From NCBI GenBank assembly GCA_016745035.1, contig JADGDE010000005.1, positions 29,032 through 93,031 on the forward strand: a DNA stretch of 64,000 nt, given 5' to 3'. The notes beneath the pieces are model-generated. The model ran no database searches, was not told the origin of the DNA, and saw only the letters and a list, made by a program, of their open reading frames with translations. The translations under genes and the position numbers were made by a program. The first letter of the stretch is position 1. Each line of letters begins with the position of its first letter. Below are positions 22,156 to 30,883 of the stretch, one piece after another. The DNA comes from Thiotrichales bacterium (GTDB lineage: Bacteria; Pseudomonadota; Gammaproteobacteria; Beggiatoales; Beggiatoaceae).

Positions 22156-23166
22156 TTGGGCATGGCAAAATTATTAATTCTATACACAGGTGGCACAATC
22201 GGGATGCGCACAGCAAGCCCAAGTGACCCAAGCAGCCCTCTTGTTCCTCAAGACTTAAATCAATTACGCCAGCAGTTGCCCAAAGCATATGACGCAGCGC
22301 ATCAACTCGATTTTATGAGCCTACCGCAAGCGCTAGATTCATCTGATATAAAGCCCCCAGACTGGCAACAAATGGCTAAATTATTGGCAAAAGCATACGG
22401 TCATTATGAAGGCTTTGTGGTTTTACACGGCACAGATACTTTGGCATATAGCGCCACAGCCCTCAGTTTTATGTTAGAAAACTTGCATAAACCGGTGGTG
22501 TTTACTGGCTCGCAATTGCCTTTGGGTTTCGATAATAGCGATGCAGCAACTAACTTTAATGCTGCCTTAGAAGTCGCAGCCTTAGGAGCGGCTTTACCTG
22601 AAGTGGTAATTGTATTTGCAGGCAACATATGGCGAGCTTGCCGAACACGCAAACAACACACACATGCCTTCGATGCCTTTGGTTCGCCCAACACACCAGC
22701 CTTGGGACAAATCACAGACGGGGTCGATTTACAACAAGCCACCATACAGCCAGGGGCTGATTTTTGTCTGCGTCCCAGTCTAAAAAGCCATGTGTTACAT
22801 CTGGCACTGACTCCCGGTTTATCCAATGCCGCATGGCAACATTTATTTAAAATGCCTGATTTAGACGGCGTATTGATACAAAGCTACGGTGCGGGTAATG
22901 CGCCGATGCAACCTGTGTTTTTAGCCTGTTTACACGAAGCGATTATCGCCGGTATTCCGGTGGTTAATGCCAGTCAATGTCCCCACGGGCATGTCGATAT
23001 GCACACCTATGCCACCGGGCGGCAACTAGCGGATATAGGTGTGCTCAGTGCTTTTGACATGACCTATGAGGCAGCTTTAATCAAATTGATGTGGCTCAGT
23101 GCGCAACCACATCTGAGTTTAGCCGCTTGGTCTGATAATTTGCGTGGAGAATTAAGCCAGACATAG
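22156..23166 (+). CDS. ansA: L-asparaginase (type I-like)
   Basis: LILYTGGTIGM threonine-containing active-site motif, followed by the HGTDT motif. Confidence 0.8.
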   Translation: MGMAKLLILYTGGTIGMRTASPSDPSSPLVPQDLNQLRQQLPKAYDAAHQLDFMSLPQALDSSDIKPPDWQQMAKLLAKAYGHYEGFVVLHGTDTLAYSATALSFMLENLHKPVVFTGSQLPLGFDNSDAATNFNAALEVAALGAALPEVVIVFAGNIWRACRTRKQHTHAFDAFGSPNTPALGQITDGVDLQQATIQPGADFCLRPSLKSHVLHLALTPGLSNAAWQHLFKMPDLDGVLIQSYGAGNAPMQPVFLACLHEAIIAGIPVVNASQCPHGHVDMHTYATGRQLADIGVLSAFDMTYEAALIKLMWLSAQPHLSLAAWSDNLRGELSQT

Positions 23167-23168
23167 AC

Positions 23169-23402
23169 TTAAGTCTGTGAGCGCCCCAACGCTTTGTTAC
23201 CACTCAATGGCGCACCCAATAAGGGTGCAAACAAGCAAATATTAAACAGCCCTGTTAATAGCGGCAAAGCCCCTACAGCGGCGATAATCATCCCCTCATT
23301 AGCACCAACCCCCAGCATTCCCCAAGCAATCAAACCACTGCCAGCTAAAATGCGAATAATCCGCCCTGTGGGGCTTGCCATAAAAGAAACCAATGGATTC
23401 AT
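23169..23402 (-). CDS. Small inner-membrane protein, DUF2892/YgaP-C-terminal-like
   Basis: 77 aa with two glycine-rich transmembrane helices (IRILAGSGLIAWGMLGVG...AAVGALPLLTGLFNICLFAPLLG). Confidence 0.45.
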   Translation of the reverse strand: MNPLVSFMASPTGRIIRILAGSGLIAWGMLGVGANEGMIIAAVGALPLLTGLFNICLFAPLLGAPLSGNKALGRSQT

Positions 23403-23488
23403 GTCCTTGTCCTCGTTAAGTAAGTGTGGCTTTAGCTTAACGAGGTGAGAGAAAATAGACTGTAACTTTGGTTACATAGGTAAAAATC

Positions 23489-23564
23489 TGCACAGCTAAG
23501 CTTCACTAGGCAGGTGGAAAAGCACCTTGTTGTGGCAAAAACAGGCTTAGTGCGTAATATCAGT
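23489..23564. repeat. Partial copy of MITE-like family A (right half only)
   Basis: CTGCACAGCTAAGCTTCACTAGGCAGGTGGAAAA...AAAAACAGGCTTAGTGCGTAATATCAGT matches the internal and right-terminal parts of the copy at 43275-43408. The left terminus is missing. Confidence 0.4.
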
Positions 23565-23781
23565 CATTAAAATTCTTCAGAAAAATTTTAGTGGGAAATT
23601 TTAGTGGGTGTCTAGTATCTTATCCTGAGTTGTGGGTAATTGTATGACCCTAACCTGTTACTTTAGTTGTATTTACAACACATCTATAATTCTGTATAAC
23701 TGGGCGCGCGTTGAGGTAGCGCTGATGTTTTGCAAGTGCCCATAATGAGATAAAAACCCACATAGAAAATTTTTTTCTCAC

Positions 23782-26034
23782 ATGTCCTCCCCTCTATTCA
23801 AACCCCAAATTATTAAGGAAAAAATAATGCGTTTAGCCTTTACACTTGCCAAGTTATTTCGGCAAGAGAAAATTGAACCACAACATTTACCTAAACGGAA
23901 GTCTAGGAAACTTTCAGCTCACAAGCGGCAGTTGCGAACACCTGTTTGGCAATATGGGCTACAGTGCCTTGCTTTAGTGGGTATTTGTTATAGCAGTGGC
24001 ACGATGGCGGCCACGACTTGTGGTACGGATGGTAATCACACTTGGGATGGTGGCAAAGATGACATGATTGGGGGAATGTATGTAAGGCGAAGTGCTACTT
24101 GTCAATTCGATCTTAATGGCACTAGTCTCAGCTATATTACCACTGATGATAAGCCTCCAATAACTATGCCTTTATTGTTTGTATTTCCAGATGCTGATCT
24201 GGATGCAGATTCAACCCCTGCTCGAGTTTATGCACAAACTGAAAATACAAACACTGTTCTCCCCACGATCACCTGTGCGGCAGCAACCATCACACCAAAC
24301 ACAGATTCTGTTCAATTTGCTTTAGATGATGGCGAATCATGTGAACTGAACGTTTCTGGCAATGTGGGCACAGCTGATGCTGAAGTCATTTTAACCGGCA
24401 CGTTGAGCCGAAGCGGGCAAACCTATAGCATCGCCTCTGCAACCGTCTGTGGCGCGCCCTTTGATAGTTGCTCTGATACCGGTTCAAATACGGAAACCAC
24501 GCCAGAAGAAACAGTAGCAGCGCCTTTAGGCACGATCTGCGGTACGGATGGTAATGGTGATTTCACTTGGAGTGATAACGATAATAGCCTGAATATTGGA
24601 GCAATACGTACTAGTGATGGTACTTGTCGCTTCAGTCTTTGGGGTTTTGTTGCGGATTATGTCACGGAGGAAGTGCCAAGGAACATGGGGGGACCGATAG
24701 AGATAGTTATGCCAGACTCGGATCCCGATGCAGATTTATTTCCACCTACTGTTTATATAGTTACTGAAGATGGTACTTATGTAGCACCGACTATTGATTG
24801 TGAATCAGCAACGATAACGCCACGAACCAGTTCGGTTCAAATCGATTTGGATGATGGCGAATCATGCCCGCTCACTATCTCTGCCAATTCAGGCACTAAT
24901 GGAGATGAAGTCCGTTTAACAGGCAGGCTGAGTCGAAGCGGAAAAATCTATAGCATCGCTTCTGCAACCATCTGTGGAGCGCCCTTTGATAGTTGTCCTG
25001 ATACTGGTTCAAATACGGAAACCACACCAGAAGAAACGGCAGCAGCGCTACCAGGCACGATCTGCGGTACGGATGGTAATGGTGATTTCACTTGGAGCGA
25101 CAATAATTATGAAGGTAATATTGGAATAATGCGTGGGGATCGTGATGGTAGTTGTTTATTCGGGCGTTTTAGTGCTAGTCCATCATTTATTACTGAGGAA
25201 CTGCCAATAGGGAGTGGGAATGATACCCCGCTAGAATTATTCATGCCAGACACGGCTCCTGATGCGGATTTATTTCCACCGAGTGTTTATACAGCTACTG
25301 AAGAGAGTACTTATGCAGCACCGACTATCGATTGTGAATCAGCAACGATAACGCCACGAAACAATTCGGTTCAAATCGATTTGGATGATGGCGAATCATG
25401 CCCGCTTACTATCTCTGTCAATACAGGTACGAATGGAGGGGAAGTCCGTTTAACAGGCACGCTGAGTCGAAGCGGAAAAATCTATAGCATCGCCTCTGCA
25501 ATAATCTGTGGTGCGCCCTTTGATAGTTGTTCTGATAGCGGTTCAGATACAGATACCACTGATGCAAAAGGCAAGGCCATAGCAGAAACTGAATCAGGTG
25601 TGCAATATCTTGATACCGCATTCCGCTTTACTGCCGAAGATGATACGGGAGCAAGTATTCACAACCGTACGCTAGATACAAGCACTGAGCTGAATATCTC
25701 GATGAATATTTCATTCGACCCAACACATCAAAATATTTCGGCAGAATTGTATGTGCTAGTGGGATGGTCACCTATTAATAGCGATACCATGTCCTACTTC
25801 ATGCGTGAAGCAGGACAGTGGCAAGCTTGGGAAATCGGCAATGCTAATAACTTTGGGCAACGCTTTCTCATTGATCAGGCTTTTGACATTGATGCGAGCT
25901 TGCAAAAAACGGTGAACATCTATCAAGGTGCATTGCCGATGCCAGGAAATTTCTATATCTGGGTGGCATATAGATTGGCTGATGGTACTTTGGTACACAA
26001 TGGCGCTGAACCTTTAGTCTTTAATATTGAGTAG
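23782..26034 (+). CDS. Secreted or surface protein with three tandem ~165-aa Cys-containing repeats and a distinct C-terminal domain; no known family recognised
   Basis: The repeat unit TCGTDGN..W.D....PP.VY..TE.GTY.APTIDCESATITPR.SSVQIDLDDGESCPLTIS.N.GTNG.EVRLTG.LSRSGKIYSIASA.ICGAPFDSC.D.GS.TETTPEET occurs three times. Repeats 2 and 3 are nearly identical at the DNA level (e.g. 24430-24560 versus 24930-25060). A probable signal or anchor is present (LQCLALVGICYSSGTMAA). The alternative start at 23827 has a better ribosome-binding site (AAGGAAAAAATAATG). Confidence 0.6.
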   Translation: MSSPLFKPQIIKEKIMRLAFTLAKLFRQEKIEPQHLPKRKSRKLSAHKRQLRTPVWQYGLQCLALVGICYSSGTMAATTCGTDGNHTWDGGKDDMIGGMYVRRSATCQFDLNGTSLSYITTDDKPPITMPLLFVFPDADLDADSTPARVYAQTENTNTVLPTITCAAATITPNTDSVQFALDDGESCELNVSGNVGTADAEVILTGTLSRSGQTYSIASATVCGAPFDSCSDTGSNTETTPEETVAAPLGTICGTDGNGDFTWSDNDNSLNIGAIRTSDGTCRFSLWGFVADYVTEEVPRNMGGPIEIVMPDSDPDADLFPPTVYIVTEDGTYVAPTIDCESATITPRTSSVQIDLDDGESCPLTISANSGTNGDEVRLTGRLSRSGKIYSIASATICGAPFDSCPDTGSNTETTPEETAAALPGTICGTDGNGDFTWSDNNYEGNIGIMRGDRDGSCLFGRFSASPSFITEELPIGSGNDTPLELFMPDTAPDADLFPPSVYTATEESTYAAPTIDCESATITPRNNSVQIDLDDGESCPLTISVNTGTNGGEVRLTGTLSRSGKIYSIASAIICGAPFDSCSDSGSDTDTTDAKGKAIAETESGVQYLDTAFRFTAEDDTGASIHNRTLDTSTELNISMNISFDPTHQNISAELYVLVGWSPINSDTMSYFMREAGQWQAWEIGNANNFGQRFLIDQAFDIDASLQKTVNIYQGALPMPGNFYIWVAYRLADGTLVHNGAEPLVFNIE

Positions 26035-26058
26035 TTACTAAGCTCAGTGTTATACCAA

Positions 26059-26090
26059 AAGCATTCCGATGCACCCGCATCGGAATGCTT
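26059..26090. terminator. 14-bp perfect-stem hairpin between convergent genes
   Basis: AAGCATTCCGATGC-ACCC-GCATCGGAATGCTT. The minus-strand reading is followed by TTTTGGTAT, so it probably terminates the methyltransferase transcript. Confidence 0.5.
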
Positions 26091-26118
26091 ATCACATATA
26101 AAGTTATAAAGAAGAAAT

Positions 26119-26159
26119 CAACAACTATGGACTACAAGTCCATAGTTGTTGGTTTTTTT
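26119..26159 (+). terminator. Rho-independent terminator for the repeat-protein gene
   Basis: CAACAACTATGGAC-TACAA-GTCCATAGTTGTTG followed by GTTTTTTTC. It overlaps the last codons of the minus-strand methyltransferase ORF. Confidence 0.55.
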
Positions 26160-27665
26160 CAAATTCAGCATGATAAGCCACCGTATCCTGTATTTCATAC
26201 CATTGATAAGTGCCTGCTTTGCGCCCCTGCCATTTTTTCCCCTTTTCCCAATTTTTTGGCTTGGGTTCTAATTGGGTTTTAAATTGTTCTAAATACGCTA
26301 AAACAGCAGGATATTTTTCTATTTCTATGCCTCGGCGGGTAAAAATCAAATACAAATCCCGCGACTCAGATCGCCATTTTTTCAAATCTTTGCCTTCTAA
26401 AAACGGCTTAATCACCTCTTGCGAGCTTGGATCGGCTTTTATGAGCGCATCGCGGGTTTGACGGTCGATGACAAAGGCGGCATTAAAACCTGTTTTTATC
26501 CCATACAAGGGCGAACCATAGACCGCTTTTAAGCTGGGTTTATCAGCGGTGATTTTATGCCGCAACGCAAGCAGAGCATCACTTTCTAAGCGCCAGGCAT
26601 TGTCCTCCAAATGGCTTTGGCTCATAAGCTGGGCATCTTGCTCAAAGGCTTTGTGTAAATCTTCGGGGAGGCTGTCGCGCAAAACCAAGTTATTGATTTG
26701 ATGCTCAGCGCTGGGGGCTTGTTTTTGCAGGCATAAAATCGCGGGGTAAGTGGTCACGCCTTTAAAAATTTGTAAATCTCCAAAATCGACCACGTTTTCA
26801 AGACGGGCATTGTCCATGATATAGCGCCGTAGGTTTTGCCCGCTGCCGGTTTTAAAAAAGGTGCTGGAGCTGATATAACCCATGCGTCCACCGTCTTTGA
26901 GCAATTTTATTCCCAACTCAAAAAAGTAGCTATACAGGTCTGCCACGCCATGATAAACCGCGTATTGCTCTTGTAAATAAGGTTTGTCCGCGCTGAAAAA
27001 CTCTTGGCGCACATAGGGCGGGTTGCCCAAAATCACATCAAAACCGCTGGCATTGTCTTCGGGCTTATTAAACAAATCTTCTTGGCTGGCTTGGATGTTG
27101 GCATCAAATTGCCGCCAGTCAAAAGGCTTATCACTGTATTCGGGGTCATTAATCAAGCTGTTGGCGCAATGTAAATTGGCTTTGAGGCTGTTGAGGGCTT
27201 TGCCTTTTTCGGCGGTTTTCAGCCATAAGGATAACTTGGTGATTTCGATGGATTCCGCGTTTAAATCCACGCCGTAAAGGTTGCGGTTGAGGATTTCTTT
27301 ATTGAGGTCAAAGAGGCTGTAAGAGCGGGTCAGTTCGGCCAGTTTGTCGTTAATGCGTTTGTATTCTGCTTGTAGGTAATCAAAGGCGGTGACTAAAAAC
27401 GCACCCGAACCACAAGCGGGGTCGAGTATGCGGGTGCTGCAATCAGGATATTTTGAATAAAGTGGCTGTGTAGCGCGGTTTCTTTTTGGCTGTGAATGCG
27501 TTGGTTTTCGATGCTCTCTTGCCAATTTTGCAAAATCTTGAGTTTGGCTTTGGGAATCGGCTGGATATTTAGTTGGGATTGTAAATAACGTTTATGAGTA
27601 AGGGGCATAATTGGCTCAAATATAGGCGCGCCATCATCTCGGCGCGCTAGGCATCCCCAAGACAA
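26125..27665 (-). pseudogene. Eco57I/PglX-type gamma-class N6-adenine DNA methyltransferase, disrupted by a frameshift
   Basis: The main ORF 26125-27525 has motif I (ILDPACGSGAFL) about 35 aa from its N-terminus, motif IV (ILGNPPYV) and a TaqI-like C-terminal target-recognition region. The typical N-terminal helix (ETALHSHFIQNIL) is encoded in a different frame by ORF 27393-27665. The two frames overlap around an A5 run (minus-strand AAAAA near 27463-27467). Confidence 0.65.
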
Positions 27666-27752
27666 ACTTGGGAAACGAATAAAATAGTAATGGATCTAAT
27701 GTTAGGAACTAAGCCTGTTTTTGTCTCAAAATTGTGGTTTTCTACGCATCAG

Positions 27753-28574
27753 TTAATCATGACCCCGACACCATGTGGGATAAATATCGTGCAGTTGTTG
27801 TGGTGAGAGTAAATACGCCCAGTTGTGCCGCTGTAAAAGCCCTTCGTTTTCCCACAGATACAAATCAAATTGATAATCATTGGCATCGCTGCTGATATTG
27901 ACGTTAATCGCCTCCGCTTGCGTATGTGCGTTTGCCCATGCGTCGATAGGGGCGAGTTGATACGCTTGTAAATATTGCCAAGCCTGTAGCCATGTTTGTA
28001 AATCATCTTGGCTGCGGTTTTGTTGTGACCATGACCAGTGCCCCGATTGTAGTTGTGCTTGGCACAAATCCATCTCGATGCTTTGAATTTTTTCCGTCGT
28101 AGATAAAGGGCGCAAACTTAACCATTCTGACAAACGTAAACCGAACAAAGCCTGCGGGCAGGGACTCACAAGACCAATGGTGTCACCTAAGCGAGCATAA
28201 CATTGCTCGGCTGCAAAGGGGGCATGGTGACCAAAACTTAAGGTGCTAGCGTTAAAACTGAGGGATAAATGCGCGTTCTCTAAGCCAAAAGCCTGCAAGC
28301 GCTCGGGGCTATTGTCCCAAGTACGTTGCCATCTGAGCTGCTGTAATTGTTGCAGCGCGTTTTGTAAAGGCGCTCGCAGGGCAATTCCTTCGCTGTGCCA
28401 ACTAGGCTTGCTTGCTTGTAATTTCAGCACCCCATCGGCTTGTGTTAGCTCAATATCGCTCACCTGCTGCCAATCGGCGACAAGCAAAGCCTGCGAGGGC
28501 GGGCTTGCTTGCCAAACCAAAACAGCCAACAACAAAACCACCGCCGCGCCCAATAGGGGCATTTGCCAAGACAT
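27753..28574 (-). CDS. Secreted hypothetical protein (signal peptide; W/Q-rich)
   Basis: N-terminal MSWQMPLLGAAVVLLLAVLVWQASP signal. No recognisable domain. Its start lies 10 bp downstream of the stop of the VWA gene on the same strand. Confidence 0.45.
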   Translation of the reverse strand: MSWQMPLLGAAVVLLLAVLVWQASPPSQALLVADWQQVSDIELTQADGVLKLQASKPSWHSEGIALRAPLQNALQQLQQLRWQRTWDNSPERLQAFGLENAHLSLSFNASTLSFGHHAPFAAEQCYARLGDTIGLVSPCPQALFGLRLSEWLSLRPLSTTEKIQSIEMDLCQAQLQSGHWSWSQQNRSQDDLQTWLQAWQYLQAYQLAPIDAWANAHTQAEAINVNISSDANDYQFDLYLWENEGLLQRHNWAYLLSPQQLHDIYPTWCRGHD

Positions 28575-28583
28575 ATACCGTCC

Positions 28584-30704
28584 TTAAGTCGTCAAACGCC
28601 GATAAATATCGGCAACTTTAAGCGGTAATTGTTCGACTTCATCTAAGACCGTAAAGGCGGCAGGGCCGTATAAATGCGGCAAATAATCGCGCGCGGTTTC
28701 ATCAATGGTGATGCAATAAGGGTGGATTTGTTGCTGCCGGGCTTCAATCAACGCCCGGCGGGTATCTTCGATGCCGTATTCGCCGCGATAATCGCTGTAG
28801 TCGTCGGGTTTGCCATCAGAGAGCGTAATCAGTATCCGTGTTTTTGCTTCGGTTGCGCTTAAGAGTTTGCTTAAATGGCGAATGGCAAAGCCCATGCGGG
28901 TGTAGTCTTGGGCGCGTATGCCGCTGATGCGGGCTTTGACCTCGGTATTATATGGCTCGTCCATTTCTTTGATCCGATAAAGCTCGCAGCGTTGGCGCGT
29001 CATGCCGGAAAAGCCGTAAATGGCATAACGGTCGCCCAAGGTTTCTAGGGCTTCACATAATAAAATCAGTGCCTCACGCTCGGCGGTGTTGATCCAGCCT
29101 TGGGTCGAGCCGCTCATATCGACCATAAAGACCACGGCAATATGGCGCTCGTGGCGGTGCATTTTGGTATAAACATTGTCGCTCATTTCCTCGCCATGTT
29201 GCGCATCGGCTAGGGCTTCGACGAGGGCATCTATATCGATTTCATCGCCTTGGTTTTGGCGTTTTAGGAGTTTGTCCTCATCGCGCATGGCTTCAAAGGT
29301 GCGGTGTAAGTGGCGGCTGAGTCCAAAGTATTTTTGTTGGGTTTGTTCGACAAAATCATCATAGACTGGCGGCACGTCTTTCTCGCGCATCACGCACCAA
29401 TTTTTGCGATAGTGGCGGCGGGCATAGTCCCATTCATCATAAAGTTCTGCACCGATTTCGTGGTATGTGCCTTGCCAGACTTTGTCGGGGTCGTCTTGCT
29501 GGGCTTTTAAGTCTTTGCTGTATTCGCCCGAACCACCAGCGACTAAGGCCTCGGGGGGAATATCACCCCAATCTAAATAAATCGAAGTTAATAATTGACT
29601 GACTTCCATGGGCGGGGCAACGGGCAGCCCATCAATTTCTAATTGCCATTGGTTAATGTCTTGTTCTGATTTTTTCTGAGCTTTAATTTCTGGTGTTTGC
29701 CCTTGTTCGCGGCTTTGTTTACCCAGTTGATTGTCCTCGAGCAATTCAGACAATTTGACTTGTAGTTGTTGCAGTTCTTTTTGTTGCCGTTGGGCGCGGC
29801 ATTGGCAAATCGCCTCGGGATTTAAGTGTCCTTGGTAGCATAAGGGCGTGGGCAAGGGTTGGGTATAAACTTGTTTTAAGCACTCAAGGCTGTCATCACT
29901 GTTGGTGTTTTCGACGATTAAGCACTGTTGTGCTGCGTGGTAATATGCGGGGACAGCCTGCCCTAAACTTTGTTTTAATTGCTGCATTTGCCGATATAAA
30001 CCCGGTAACTCGCGCTGAATACAGGCTTCTAGGCGTAAAGTTTCTAAATAATGAAAATGCGCTTGCGCCCGCTCGCTGTCATCGTAGCTGGCAAAACAAT
30101 GCTCAAAATCGACTTGGCAACTGCCATAACGGGTCTGCGCCCAAAGCAAGGTAAGCGTCGCTTTGCAGAGGGTAAAATTTTCCGCTGTTGTGGGCAAATC
30201 GGCGATGGCGGCGGGTAAATATAAAATACTACTATCAGTGTAGGCGTTGTCAGCTTGTTTGATTTTTAGATGCCGACCGGATAAGCCTTGAATAAAGTTG
30301 AATAACACCCCTTGCACGTCTTCAAAAAGCGCCCCTTCTGCTATCGCATGGCTGTGGGCGGCAAAATCTTCGACATCACGCACAACTTTAAGCGCGCCGT
30401 TTATACCTTCTCTATCGTACTTGTCCATCGCATGTAGGGCGAGGCGTTCGATAAGTTCCATCTCCATTTCATCTATGCGCGGGGTGATATTAAAGAGAAA
30501 TTGATAAGCCAGCGTGGTTTGAATCGAGGCGACACGCCGCGTCCAACCGAGGAGAAAATCTTGTTTTTTACGAGGTAAGTGCGAAATGCGCTCGATTAGT
30601 TGGTCAATGCCTCGAAAAAAGGCAAATTCGAGTTCGAGACTTTGATACAATTCCTGATAAATGTCATCTGTGCTTAGCGCCGTTTTTGCCATGCGGGTTC
30701 TCAA
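28584..30704 (-). CDS. NorD/CbbO-like von Willebrand factor A domain protein
   Basis: C-terminal VWA domain with a metal-ion-dependent adhesion site (VVFMVDMSGST...LSDGKPDD) and a long alpha-helical N-terminal region like nitric-oxide-reductase/RuBisCO activase accessory proteins. No MoxR/NorQ AAA+ gene is adjacent. Confidence 0.6.
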   Translation of the reverse strand: MRTRMAKTALSTDDIYQELYQSLELEFAFFRGIDQLIERISHLPRKKQDFLLGWTRRVASIQTTLAYQFLFNITPRIDEMEMELIERLALHAMDKYDREGINGALKVVRDVEDFAAHSHAIAEGALFEDVQGVLFNFIQGLSGRHLKIKQADNAYTDSSILYLPAAIADLPTTAENFTLCKATLTLLWAQTRYGSCQVDFEHCFASYDDSERAQAHFHYLETLRLEACIQRELPGLYRQMQQLKQSLGQAVPAYYHAAQQCLIVENTNSDDSLECLKQVYTQPLPTPLCYQGHLNPEAICQCRAQRQQKELQQLQVKLSELLEDNQLGKQSREQGQTPEIKAQKKSEQDINQWQLEIDGLPVAPPMEVSQLLTSIYLDWGDIPPEALVAGGSGEYSKDLKAQQDDPDKVWQGTYHEIGAELYDEWDYARRHYRKNWCVMREKDVPPVYDDFVEQTQQKYFGLSRHLHRTFEAMRDEDKLLKRQNQGDEIDIDALVEALADAQHGEEMSDNVYTKMHRHERHIAVVFMVDMSGSTQGWINTAEREALILLCEALETLGDRYAIYGFSGMTRQRCELYRIKEMDEPYNTEVKARISGIRAQDYTRMGFAIRHLSKLLSATEAKTRILITLSDGKPDDYSDYRGEYGIEDTRRALIEARQQQIHPYCITIDETARDYLPHLYGPAAFTVLDEVEQLPLKVADIYRRLTT

Positions 30705-30883
30705 CTGGGATTAATGCTTGTCTATGTGGGGACAATAGCGTCGTTCGTAAAGCATTTGTTTGCTTCGGTATGGGATTTTTGGAACAAACGGTGGGGTGAA
30801 TTCACAGCTCGGCACGCGCCGACATAATGAACAAAAGCTGAAAAGCGGGACTGTGGTCCCGCTTAAGTATCGCTAAAGTCGCC

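Noticed and set aside
28584-30704. VWA protein as part of a phage-defence system
   Set aside because: No ATPase, nuclease, or other defence-associated partner is adjacent. The NorD/CbbO-like assignment fits better, so it is reported as an orphan chaperone-type VWA rather than a defence system.
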